Below are positions 8,385 to 16,660 of a DNA stretch of 33,769 nt, in pieces. Numbering within the stretch: the stretch's first letter is position 1; each line of letters begins with the position of its first letter. Where the stretch lies: IMG/VR virus record IMGVR_UViG_3300038315_000737, positions 1-33,769 of that record. One strand, 5' to 3'. Origin of the DNA: a virus. Its lineage: Duplodnaviria > Caudoviricetes. Position numbers and translations under genes: made by a program. The notes under the pieces are model-generated. The model was not told the DNA's origin, ran no database searches, and saw only the letters and a list, made by a program, of their open reading frames with translations.

Positions 8385-11300
8385 TGGCCAATGAAAAAAA
8401 TCCGTTTGCAAGGGTGCTTGAAGATTCTGCACAGGACAACGGGGCAGCAGATCCGCTATCGGTTCCGGAGGTATTAGCGCCCCTGCCGGGTGCGGTTGTT
8501 ATTGAGCCGCAAGCCGTGCCTGAACCTGTCAACCCATTCCAAGCAACTCTGCGGCCTGCGGGTGTGCGGACTGAACTTCCCGATCCGCCTGCAGATTTCA
8601 AGCGCCGATTGCGTGCGCCGGAAATCCTGCAATTTGAGCGTGAAAATCCAGAGCTGGCAGAACTAAGTGATTTAGAGTTCTTCTTTTCGCCCGATGTGGC
8701 AAAGGCGATGCTTAAAAATACACCGGGTTCGGCGTTTAATCTGTTAAAAGATGTGGTAAGCATTGTCGATCCAGGTATCGGCAAAGATGCAAGGCTCGGC
8801 ACGTTCCCGGCGCTGGCAGGCATTGCGACGTTAGCGGGTGAACTTCAGGCGTTAGCGGGTGCGCAGATCGCACAGCTGCCGGGGGTTGGGGCTGCGGTAG
8901 AATTTGGCATACCCGAAGAGATCTTACAGCGTCGGGGCCGGGTCGCGGATGTGGCGCGTGAGACGGGGATCGATGATTTTACGATGTTACCAGCGGTCAT
9001 TGAGTTCTATAAGCAGAATTATGGGCTAGGGCCTCAGAATGTTGGGGGGTTCCGGCGTTATGTCGTCGAAGATCCGCTGGGTTTCCTCTCGGACGCTGTC
9101 GCTATTTCGGGACTGATGGCCGGGACTGTCGCCAAAGGTGCGAAAGGTGCGCAGTTAGCAACGCAGGTGGCGGCGGCGAGTCGTCTGCCGGGGGCGCAGA
9201 AAGTTATATCTGGACTGAAAGCCGATCGGTTCTTGGTTCCGACAGAACGATTTGCGACAAAGGCAAACCAGTTTCTTGATGCTGTCGATCCGGCGGCGTT
9301 ACCGCTTAGGGGCTTACAGTTCGGGCTGCGTCAGGGGGTCGGTGCGGTTGAGAATCTGACCGATGCGAACCTGAAGTCTGCTGTCGATCAGCGAATCGTA
9401 GACCTTGAGCAAAAGTATGGGCTGACGTTACCGGCATCCGCGAAAAGCAAGGCGCGCAAGGTCGGACTTATCGAAGCGGCTGCGGTGAATCTTGGTGATG
9501 AGACATTGCGTCAACTGGTGGAAACTGCGGAAACCGATCTGATCGGGATACTCCAGAAAACCATAGATGATATTGATGGGGCTGCCGATATGGAAATTGC
9601 AGGCCAAGCGGTAATCGATGGGATGGAACAATTTAAGCGCAACTACGAAACGATCTCGCGTGCGATTTATGACAAGTTCGCAGCGGAAGGCGGGCTGGAT
9701 CTGCCTGCCAGCACAGATCATACCTTCGCTATGCTCTCACAGTCTGATGCTCGGCGTGGTAAGGCGCTGGGTGGGATTGGAGATGTTCCGAAGTTTGAAA
9801 AAATCCTGCGTGATCTCGAAGATTTTCGGGGGGAAGAGCGGCTGCCAGAGGGTGCGATTGGACAACGTCAACAGGTAGATGTTGGTATAGATGAGACGGT
9901 GGACGTTGTTCGTGGTGGACGACAGGTCCGCACGGTGTTCGGCAAAGATCCGAACGTGACATATCGGACACGGTATAAGGTTGTACCGTTGGATACGCTC
10001 ATCCCCTCTCAGCTCGACAGTTTCGCCGATAATCCAGCATTCCCGCGTGAGCTGCAACCGCGTGGCAGGGACAGAGTTGCGGCACAGCAACAGGTTATCT
10101 CTCAAGCGGCACAGTTGCAACCGGCTGCGCTTCTAACCGATATTCCGGCGCTGAATAAAGGGGCGCCAATCGTCGGGAAAGACAATCTCGTTGAATCCGG
10201 CAATGGTCGGGCGTTGATGTTGCGGCGTGCGAGATCGTTGCATCCTGAACGGTTCGCTGACTATCAACAACAGTTGCGTGAGATCTTACCGAGTTATGGG
10301 ATTGATCCAAATGTGGTCGGCAGCATGACCGATCCCGTATTGGTGCGAGAGCGAATCACCGACGTCGATCGGCGGCAGTTCGTGCGTGATGCGACGGAGG
10401 GTGGGCTGGAACTTTCACCACTTGAAAAGTCTGCATTGGACGCTGAATCGCTAAGCGATGATATGGTCGGCTTGTTACGGGTATCGCCTGACGAAACGCT
10501 AATCGATGCGTTGAGCAAACCGAAAAACAACGAATTTATCACGGCGTTCTCAGGGGTGCTTTCGCCCCAGGATGCGGCAGGGATTGCACAGGAGAGCGGA
10601 CAGATTAACCGTGCGGGTGTAGTACGGATTAAGAATGCGCTACTCGCCAAAACCTACACAAACGGGCTGTTGGCCCAATTAACAGAAAGTGTCACGCCGG
10701 GTATGAGAAATGTTGAAAAAGCGATGCTTGCTGCGTTACCGGAGATGAGCCAAGTTGAAGCGCTGGTAAGAACTGGTGCGAGGGGCGAGGATTTAGGGCT
10801 TGCCCAGGACATTGAGCAGGCGGTGATAAAAGCGAAGGAGTTGCGGGCATCTGGGACGGGCATCGATGACTTCTTTGCGCAGGGCACGCTAATCGATGAT
10901 GACCTGTCAGAAGCGGCGAAGATACTGTTACCGATGGCAGAAAAGGCGTTTACTGCACCCAAAGAGTTTCGTACGTTTCTTCAGCGGTATGCGTCAGAGG
11001 TCGGCAAGGCTGGCAATCCAAGCCAGAGCATGATTTTCGATTTCGGCGGGCCTGTCAGTAAGGAGCTGATACTTGCAAAGGTCGCTGGCGAAAGTTTTGA
11101 CGATGTGCCCGATATTTCGGCGCTGTATGATGAAATCACTGGTGCGAGTGCTGCGCCGGGAACCGTTGCGAGTGCTGCGCCGGTAAGGGCTATGACGTTT
11201 GATTCGCTGAAACAGACTCGGAGTATTATCGGTGAAACGATCGATACAGATGCGCTAATCAATTCGGGGCTGAACGGCATCTATAAGGCGCTCTACAAGT

Positions 11301-12067
11301 CTTTATCGGAAGATATGAACAACACCGTGAAAGCACAGCGGCCAGATCTTGCGCCGTTAATCGATGAAGCAACGAACACATTTCGGGAAGGTGTTCAGTT
11401 AGCACAACACCGAACGAGCCGCAAGTTTTGGAAGATGAAGGATAGCCCGTCTTTGGTCGTGCCTGCGCTGATGCGGAAAGGCACATCTGTTGAAGATGTG
11501 CGGCGCATCCAACAGATGGTCGGCGGGGTCGGGTCTGAACCATGGCGTGAGGTCCAAGCTGCGATGATGACGAATCTCTTAGAAAACTCGCTTAACCAGC
11601 AAGGGAACTGGAATCCGTCGGCGCTGATGCGGCAGTTGGATAAGGGGATTGGCAAGACGAAACTCAATACAATCTTTGGGTCTGATGCTGCGGAGAGTCT
11701 GCATGAAGTTGCGGAAATCTCTGCATCGTTTAGTAGGCTGAAGAAGATCACGGAAGGCAGCCAAACCAATTTCCTGCAACGGCTGACAACGTCGGGCGTT
11801 TTAACATCTCTCGCGGTAATCTATGGCGGCGGCGTGCCCGGGGCCGCGGTCTTTGCGTCGGGTTTGGTTGGTGACAAAGTATTCCGGCGCTGGATCGTCT
11901 CGGACGCCGGGCAAGCGTGGCTGATGGGTGCGAAACGGGTCGGTGCTGACAGGGGCCAACGGTTTAACCATAATGCGGCGTTGGTCGGGCGTGGCGCTTT
12001 TCAGGCTGGCAGGGCTGCACGGGTAAGCACAGAGACAGGACGGTTCCGCCAAGAGCCGCAACAGTAA
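8384..12067 (+). CDS. Large ejection protein containing a DdrB-like ParB domain
   Basis: 1227 aa; internal NPAFPRELQPRGRDR...GAPIVGKDNLVESGNGR (about 9926-10400) matches the ddrB-ParB signature of phage polyvalent proteins; helical flanks typical of ejection proteins. Confidence 0.75.
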   Translation: MANEKNPFARVLEDSAQDNGAADPLSVPEVLAPLPGAVVIEPQAVPEPVNPFQATLRPAGVRTELPDPPADFKRRLRAPEILQFERENPELAELSDLEFFFSPDVAKAMLKNTPGSAFNLLKDVVSIVDPGIGKDARLGTFPALAGIATLAGELQALAGAQIAQLPGVGAAVEFGIPEEILQRRGRVADVARETGIDDFTMLPAVIEFYKQNYGLGPQNVGGFRRYVVEDPLGFLSDAVAISGLMAGTVAKGAKGAQLATQVAAASRLPGAQKVISGLKADRFLVPTERFATKANQFLDAVDPAALPLRGLQFGLRQGVGAVENLTDANLKSAVDQRIVDLEQKYGLTLPASAKSKARKVGLIEAAAVNLGDETLRQLVETAETDLIGILQKTIDDIDGAADMEIAGQAVIDGMEQFKRNYETISRAIYDKFAAEGGLDLPASTDHTFAMLSQSDARRGKALGGIGDVPKFEKILRDLEDFRGEERLPEGAIGQRQQVDVGIDETVDVVRGGRQVRTVFGKDPNVTYRTRYKVVPLDTLIPSQLDSFADNPAFPRELQPRGRDRVAAQQQVISQAAQLQPAALLTDIPALNKGAPIVGKDNLVESGNGRALMLRRARSLHPERFADYQQQLREILPSYGIDPNVVGSMTDPVLVRERITDVDRRQFVRDATEGGLELSPLEKSALDAESLSDDMVGLLRVSPDETLIDALSKPKNNEFITAFSGVLSPQDAAGIAQESGQINRAGVVRIKNALLAKTYTNGLLAQLTESVTPGMRNVEKAMLAALPEMSQVEALVRTGARGEDLGLAQDIEQAVIKAKELRASGTGIDDFFAQGTLIDDDLSEAAKILLPMAEKAFTAPKEFRTFLQRYASEVGKAGNPSQSMIFDFGGPVSKELILAKVAGESFDDVPDISALYDEITGASAAPGTVASAAPVRAMTFDSLKQTRSIIGETIDTDALINSGLNGIYKALYKSLSEDMNNTVKAQRPDLAPLIDEATNTFREGVQLAQHRTSRKFWKMKDSPSLVVPALMRKGTSVEDVRRIQQMVGGVGSEPWREVQAAMMTNLLENSLNQQGNWNPSALMRQLDKGIGKTKLNTIFGSDAAESLHEVAEISASFSRLKKITEGSQTNFLQRLTTSGVLTSLAVIYGGGVPGAAVFASGLVGDKVFRRWIVSDAGQAWLMGAKRVGADRGQRFNHNAALVGRGAFQAGRAARVSTETGRFRQEPQQ
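11143..11183 (+). repeat. 17-bp direct repeat, 24-nt period (ASAAP linker duplication)
   Basis: tgcgagtgctgcgccgg at 11143-11159 and 11167-11183. Confidence 0.85.
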
Positions 12068-12079
12068 AAGGAGGGCATA

Positions 12080-12598
12080 ATGGCAAAAACGCCAACATAT
12101 AAGCCAGTCGAAAACAAGAAACCGCTGGAACTTATCCTCAACACGGAACTGGTTGGGATCAACGAAGCACAGGTCGATCAGCATGAACTCGGCAGCACGA
12201 AAACGCTGAGTGTTGCAGACGTCCAAGTGTCGGGCGAGATCATCGGTGTGACGCTCATCAGTTCAGAAGATGGCACAGGTGCAATACTCAAGCAAGCGGC
12301 GGACATTATTATATCACGTTCGGGTGTGGGCTTCTCTGCGGGTGATGGGATATTTACCATCGCGGCGGCTAATGCGTCGGACGGGTTTATCTCGGTACTC
12401 GCTGGCGATTGGATGGCGAGTATGAACGGAACCGACACGGCAGGAATGGCGCATGTCGTGACGGCGTTCCCATTTCGGACTGATAGCTCCGGCAATCTTT
12501 ACGCTACCTTTGTGAATCGGGGCGCGGTGCCTATAAATTCTGATGCGGGCGATGACGAACAGGTCGAAGCGAACTTCTTTATAAGGTTGGATGACTGA
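12080..12598 (+). CDS. Hypothetical beta-rich, probably structural protein
   Basis: AGGAGG RBS, 172 aa, in the structural operon. Confidence 0.6.
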   Translation: MAKTPTYKPVENKKPLELILNTELVGINEAQVDQHELGSTKTLSVADVQVSGEIIGVTLISSEDGTGAILKQAADIIISRSGVGFSAGDGIFTIAAANASDGFISVLAGDWMASMNGTDTAGMAHVVTAFPFRTDSSGNLYATFVNRGAVPINSDAGDDEQVEANFFIRLDD

Positions 12599-12960
12599 TG
12601 CAAAAACAGACCAGGCGGAAACTTGTTGTGCCTTCAGACCCACAGGGGATACATTTGCCACGAACCCACAGAATCGTGACCGATGGGCTGGTATCGTGGT
12701 GGGATTTTCGGGGCGGATATGCCACGGACACGCTGATAGATCGTATTGGCGGCAACGATGGGACGATTACCAATGCGGATGCGGGCGTGTTTTGGGCGGA
12801 TGGGAAAGGGCAGGGCATATTTGACGGGGTGGATGAAGTTGTTGATGTGGGTGATAATTCCGATTTTGATATAACCGAGACGGGGCGTACGACTATCTCG
12901 GTTTGGTTTTTTCATGCTGATTCTAATCGGGCGGGGCTGGTTGGGAAAACCGATGTTTAA
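12598..12960 (+). CDS. LamG/concanavalin A-like domain protein, N-terminal part only (apparently truncated)
   Basis: GLVSWWDF...D..GGNDGT...FDGVDEVV...TISVWF, then a stop about 15 aa later. Confidence 0.6.
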   Translation: MQKQTRRKLVVPSDPQGIHLPRTHRIVTDGLVSWWDFRGGYATDTLIDRIGGNDGTITNADAGVFWADGKGQGIFDGVDEVVDVGDNSDFDITETGRTTISVWFFHADSNRAGLVGKTDV

Positions 12961-12969
12961 GGTGCTGTC

Positions 12970-13311
12970 ATGGATCTGGTGCAGTATGCAGACCAAGCGT
13001 TGACGGTGTTCGTGCTGGCTGCTGCGGGCATCATGCTACGGTTTATCCTCAACGAGATAACGCTGAAACTCAAAGAATTGGACATGAAGTCAGCGAAATA
13101 CGCGGCGGACCAAGCGGAATCGAATATCACGCATTCGATGGTGATCGCCAATCTTCAGCAGATGATTATCGATCATGATATGCGGGTGCTGGGTCTGGCT
13201 ACAGAGCCTGACAATGAAACGATTGAAAGGCGGGTCCAGCCTGCAAAGCTAAGCTATGATCGGTGGACAAAGAATCAAACCGAGCTGCTTGAACGGCTAA
13301 AAGAGCTTTAG
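12970..13311 (+). CDS. Single-TM membrane protein with coiled-coil tail (possible holin/lysis accessory)
   Basis: ALTVFVLAAAGIMLRFIL hydrophobic helix followed by a coiled coil; last gene of the late operon. Confidence 0.45.
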   Translation: MDLVQYADQALTVFVLAAAGIMLRFILNEITLKLKELDMKSAKYAADQAESNITHSMVIANLQQMIIDHDMRVLGLATEPDNETIERRVQPAKLSYDRWTKNQTELLERLKEL

Positions 13312-13352
13312 CAGAAACGGACGCAACAGGCGGCATAATTTATCCCTTATAG

Positions 13353-13388
13353 AAAAAACCCCACGGATGATGTTTGTCCGTGGGGTTT
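13353..13388. terminator. Intrinsic terminator between convergent operons (stronger on the minus strand)
   Basis: 12-bp perfect stem aaaccccacgga/tccgtggggttt with 9-nt loop; A6 at 13353-13358 gives a minus-strand U-tract. Confidence 0.85.
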
Positions 13389-13406
13389 CGTGCGCCTAAA
13401 AGTGGG

Positions 13407-13688
13407 TTAATATGTCAACGGTTCGGTGACTTCGTGGCCGATGGTGGGATTGTGCATTGAGTCGTCAACGCATTCGATAAACCTGTCTGCGTCGTCTTGG
13501 TTCACGACATATATTACGGCTTGGTTGTATCGATGCGTGATGTAGAGATCAAAGATAAATATGCGTCCGTCGGCGTTGAATGCCTCTTGCATGGTCGCTA
13601 TGTTCTCCAGCGTTGATGCAAGTGTGCCGACAGTGTTAAATATGCGGTATACTTCATCAAGCCCGGTGTAGGTGACTTCAATTCTCAT
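13407..13688 (-). CDS. Hypothetical protein (93 aa)
   Basis: AAGGAG RBS before ATG 13688 (MRIEVTY). Confidence 0.65.
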   Translation of the reverse strand: MRIEVTYTGLDEVYRIFNTVGTLASTLENIATMQEAFNADGRIFIFDLYITHRYNQAVIYVVNQDDADRFIECVDDSMHNPTIGHEVTEPLTY

Positions 13689-13905
13689 CGGTTTCTCCTT
13701 CCTTTCGGCGCTTGAGTTCGGCTTCGACCGCTGGCATGATATTGGTGTTGCGTGCCAAACGATCAAGCAGTTGCAATGCCTTCATCGCCCGGTTGTCGAA
13801 TGCGTCGTCCAATGCTTCAGCGAAGTCGCTGATAAGTTCTTTTTGTGTGCCTCGCGCTGTCATGTCTCTGTCGATGTTTTGGGTTAGCGTACTTATTAGC
13901 ATCAT
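13678..13905 (-). CDS. Hypothetical helical protein (75 aa)
   Basis: ATGA-coupled to the pentapeptide gene, overlaps the next start. Confidence 0.65.
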   Translation of the reverse strand: MMLISTLTQNIDRDMTARGTQKELISDFAEALDDAFDNRAMKALQLLDRLARNTNIMPAVEAELKRRKEGETDEN

Positions 13906-14630
13906 GCATCCCCCTGCTGCGAACCATCTTCTTCGGAGTATTTCCCTACCAGTTCCAACCGCTCACAACGGGCTTTTCCGTCCGTGTTATACGGCACAAC
14001 CACCCCGGCAATATCGGCACAGGGTGAGCCGTCGTCATGGAGCGTTCTGATCCGGCATTTCCATGTCTGCATCAGAGTGTTGAACTTTGTGTATTCAAGC
14101 GTTCCAAAATTCACGCCACAGCCACAGGGATCGGTTGGCATACGGTTGACTGTTTCGGTGAGAAACTCGCCCGGCTGTATCTTCCAGTCAGCAGGCGAAG
14201 AATAGTATTCGCCGAACGATTTGTAAACGATCCAGCCTCGTCCGTCATGGTTGAAGTTTTCAGCCAGCCAAGCCGAAGGTGAAAGCAGGCCTTTGGCACC
14301 GCTGAGATTTGCGTCAATGAGATTTGCGTCAATGAGATTTGCGTTACTGAGATTTGCGTTACTGAGATTTGCGTTACTGAGATTTGCGTTACTGAGATTT
14401 GCGTCAATGAGATTTGCGTTACGGAGATTTGCGTTACTGAGATTTGCGTCAATGAGATTTGCGTTACTGAGATTTGCGTTACGGAGATTTGCGTTACGGA
14501 GATTTGCGTCAATGAGATTTGCGTTACTGAGATTTGCGTTACTGAGATTTGCGTTACTGAGATCTGCGTCAATGAGATTTGCAGCCTCTGTGCTGAAAAT
14601 GATTTGGCCTTCTCGGTTTTTGATGTCCAT
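13902..14630 (-). CDS. Pentapeptide-repeat protein with a C-terminal Cys-containing domain
   Basis: AAGGGG RBS before ATG 14630; 19 A(N/D)Lxx repeats; C-terminal CGCGVNF...[11 protein letters not shown]. Confidence 0.9.
   Translation of the reverse strand: MDIKNREGQIIFSTEAANLIDADLSNANLSNANLSNANLIDANLRNANLRNANLSNANLIDANLSNANLRNANLIDANLSNANLSNANLSNANLSNANLIDANLIDANLSGAKGLLSPSAWLAENFNHDGRGWIVYKSFGEYYSSPADWKIQPGEFLTETVNRMPTDPCGCGVNFGTLEYTKFNTLMQTWKCRIRTLHDDGSPCADIAGVVVPYNTDGKARCERLELVGKYSEEDGSQQGDA
14304..14582. repeat. 15-bp tandem repeat array (18 full units plus a partial)
   Basis: gagatttgcg followed by ttact, tcaat or ttacg; one unit has gagatctgcg. Confidence 0.95.
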
Positions 14631-14640
14631 GATATTCCCC

Positions 14641-14997
14641 TTATGAGTTGAAAAGCATTTTGATACCGTTGCGATATGCCAGTTCGCAGGCAACTTGCGC
14701 GTTACGACTGACGGCAGCACCAGTACGTGAGCTGTTACCATATTTAACTGTGACGGTTGCAAATGTTGCCGGGATGCCGTTTCGTGCTGCCTGCTTGGTT
14801 CTCTCGCGTACCCGTTCTACGCCGAACAGTTCTGCGAGGTTTACAGCACCTGCGTATGTCAGGATAGAGCTGCCGTTTGCCCCGCGAAAGTATAGAGGCT
14901 CGGTGTCTATCGATTCGCCTGCCAAATGGCGCAAGGCTATTAAAGCCTCACGCCGTTCGGTTGCGACCATTTCGGATGTTGTTGGGAAGCGGTTCAT
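14641..14997 (-). CDS. Hypothetical protein, possibly a compact Rad52/Sak-like annealing protein
   Basis: RBS and ATGA coupling at 14997; [14 protein letters not shown]...ATVTV...G...[11 protein letters not shown] pattern resembles the Rad52 fold (weak). Confidence 0.4.
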   Translation of the reverse strand: MNRFPTTSEMVATERREALIALRHLAGESIDTEPLYFRGANGSSILTYAGAVNLAELFGVERVRERTKQAARNGIPATFATVTVKYGNSSRTGAAVSRNAQVACELAYRNGIKMLFNS

Positions 14998-15164
14998 TGT
15001 CTCGCCTTTCGGTATGTGTACCTTCCCCAGCGGCTTTTGGTTCTGCCGTTGGAGAAGTCTAATTGAACTTTGGTCGGCATGTCGTAGAATAGCACGGTTC
15101 GGTGTTCGATGTCCATGCCGGGGCGGTAGAGTGTAAAGCATTGGTAGCGGATTCGGGCTTTCAT
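14994..15164 (-). CDS. Small hypothetical protein (56 aa)
   Basis: GGAGGT RBS, ATGA overlaps at both ends. Confidence 0.65.
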   Translation of the reverse strand: MKARIRYQCFTLYRPGMDIEHRTVLFYDMPTKVQLDFSNGRTKSRWGRYTYRKARQ

Positions 15165-15682
15165 GATAATACCTCCGTTTTCGGTGTGCTGTACTGTCCG
15201 CCTGCCAGTTCTGGATATTTCGCCAGGTAAACGCATTGGGGCGAGACGGTTAGCGTGTGGTTATCGTCACTGATAATGTGCTTTCGCATGAAACTGCGTG
15301 CGCGGTTATCGCTGCCGCAATAGTAGGTGATGCTGTGCGGCGTTTTCGTGTAAACTCGGCTGTAAGGTATGCGCAGTGCGTCGTGTTCATAGACCATTCG
15401 GACATGCTGACAGCTACCAGCGATCCGGTGCATGTTGCAATCACATTGCGGCGTTGTGTTATTAGACGCTGTCGGGTAGTTGCTGACGGCATGAAAAACG
15501 CCCTCATTTGCCGCTGACGGTACTAAGAAGCCCCGTGTTGATGGATTGGGTGTTATCACTTCAACGACGCCTTCAGAGACGCGCTGAGCGTTTCGGGTGG
15601 CGATGCCTTTGATGCGGGCTGGCGCTTCGATGTGGTTGTCGAAGTATTGATACTCACCTGTTGACTTTCTAATTGCTAACAT
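15161..15682 (-). CDS. SWIM zinc-finger protein
   Basis: CDC-x8-CQH motif (CDCNMHRIAGSCQH); AGGAG RBS. Confidence 0.8.
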   Translation of the reverse strand: MLAIRKSTGEYQYFDNHIEAPARIKGIATRNAQRVSEGVVEVITPNPSTRGFLVPSAANEGVFHAVSNYPTASNNTTPQCDCNMHRIAGSCQHVRMVYEHDALRIPYSRVYTKTPHSITYYCGSDNRARSFMRKHIISDDNHTLTVSPQCVYLAKYPELAGGQYSTPKTEVLS

Positions 15683-15690
15683 GATACTAT
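15661..15690 (+). promoter_or_regulatory. Putative antisense sigma70 promoter overlapping the SWIM gene start
   Basis: TTGACT (15661-15666), 18-nt spacer, TACTAT (15685-15690) with extended-10 TG at 15682-15683. Confidence 0.45.
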
Positions 15691-15696
15691 ATCTCC

Positions 15697-15777
15697 TGGG
15701 TATTGATTTTCCGAATTGACATTCGTTGAGAATTTGAAAGCGGGTTGATCGTGTGTAGCGGTCAGCCCGCTTTTTTT
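15697..15777 (+). ncRNA. Candidate ~80-nt antisense RNA against the leftward early-operon leader
   Basis: Bounded by the promoter at 15661-15690 and a plus-strand terminator; no ORF. Confidence 0.4.
15737..15777 (+). terminator. Plus-strand intrinsic terminator
   Basis: aaagcgggttgatcg-tgtgtag-cggtcagcccgc followed by T7; two G-U pairs form only on the plus strand. Confidence 0.75.
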
Positions 15778-15797
15778 ATGCCTTGCTGACGGTGGGT

Positions 15798-15826
15798 ATT
15801 ATACTATATCGTCAACCTGATGTCAA
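15798..15826 (-). promoter_or_regulatory. Leftward early promoter, perfect sigma70 consensus
   Basis: Minus strand TTGACA (15826-15821), 17 nt, TATAAT (15803-15798). Confidence 0.9.
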
Positions 15827-15845
15827 GAAAATAAGCCGGATATTG

Positions 15846-15874
15846 TTGCTTTTTTTCATTCTTTATGGTATAAT
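15846..15874 (+). promoter_or_regulatory. Rightward early promoter
   Basis: TTGCTT (15846-15851), 17 nt, TATAAT (15869-15874) with extended-10 TG. Confidence 0.85.
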
Positions 15875-15901
15875 TGCGTCACATTGAGAGGAGGTTATAA
15901 T

Positions 15902-16108
15902 ATGCAGGAATTAACCGTAGATAATGATAAAATACGCGCATTATTATGGCAACGCCAACGCGCAGTTGCAGAAAAGGCAGATCTTCACCCGGACACACTA
16001 GCGCGAAAGATAAAAGGCCAGAACGGATGGACGATAGAAGATCTAAATAAACTGGCGAAGGCTGGCGGTTTTGATGTGAGTGAAATTGTGAGGATTGGAA
16101 ATGGGTAG
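15902..16108 (+). CDS. Cro/XRE-like HTH regulator
   Basis: AGGAGG RBS; QRAVAEKADLHPDTLARKIKGQNGWTIEDL helix-turn-helix; first gene after the rightward promoter. Confidence 0.85.
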   Translation: MQELTVDNDKIRALLWQRQRAVAEKADLHPDTLARKIKGQNGWTIEDLNKLAKAGGFDVSEIVRIGNG

Positions 16109-16604
16109 TACATTATATGTGGTTTATTGTAAGGCTGGCGACGAACTCTTTGCCAAAATCGGTGTCGCCAAGATTCCGAAAACGCGAATGATGTCACTAC
16201 AGATAGGAAATCCTTTACTTCTTGACACATTCAAGGTTTACTACCTGTGCAATGCGTGGAAAGTTGAGAGAAGGATACATGAAGCGTTAAGCGCATATCA
16301 TGTGCGTGGTGAGTGGTTCAGATGCAGCGAACACTTGAACAGCACAGTTCAGCGGATAATAGATGAGTACGGGGTTTTTGGGCAAGAGGAAGCATCATCC
16401 GATAATGAATGGCTGGAAACAAACATTGCGAACTTGCGGCAAGCATTACTAGGTCGAAAAACAGAGTTTCGCTGTGCTACGGGTACTGAGCCGGATACGC
16501 TGTTGCGTTTTCTGGAGGCAGGCAACAGATTGACCTTTGATGAGGCATGGTCTATTGCTGAAAAAACGGGTATGTGTTCTCCGACATTGAAGAGTTGGTA
16601 TTGA
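16101..16604 (+). CDS. T5orf172/MUG113 GIY-YIG-like nuclease fused to a Cro-like HTH
   Basis: YVV...KIG...R...LQIGNP...ERRIH...RGEWF; C-terminal NLRQALL...PDTLLR...LTFDE resembles the upstream Cro. Confidence 0.8.
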   Translation: MGSTLYVVYCKAGDELFAKIGVAKIPKTRMMSLQIGNPLLLDTFKVYYLCNAWKVERRIHEALSAYHVRGEWFRCSEHLNSTVQRIIDEYGVFGQEEASSDNEWLETNIANLRQALLGRKTEFRCATGTEPDTLLRFLEAGNRLTFDEAWSIAEKTGMCSPTLKSWY

Positions 16605-16660
16605 ACGCGCTGGCAGATTTCGCCAAAGTGGATATTGATCAGATTGTGAGGATTGAATAA
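16586..16660 (+). pseudogene. Orphan 3' end of a Cro-like gene
   Basis: Reads IEELVLNALADFAKVDIDQIVRIE* versus Cro IEDLNKLAKAGGFDVSEIVRIGNG*; its TAA overlaps the methyltransferase ATG. Confidence 0.6.

Noticed and set aside
6063-12226. Long minus-strand ORFs opposite structural genes (for example 6063-6743, 8359-8823, 11801-12226)
   Set aside because: Antisense shadows of well-supported genes with no recognisable motifs
14304-14582. CRISPR array
   Set aside because: Contiguous 15-bp units with no unique spacers, coding for a pentapeptide repeat; no cas genes
14111-14646. Alternative-frame ORFs (TQISV repeats, RFALL repeats)
   Set aside because: A by-product of a stop-free 15-bp repeat; only the ANLxx frame has an RBS and a sensible C-terminal domain
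15716-15745. Extra TTGACA at 15716 as a promoter
   Set aside because: No -10-like hexamer at 16-18 nt spacing
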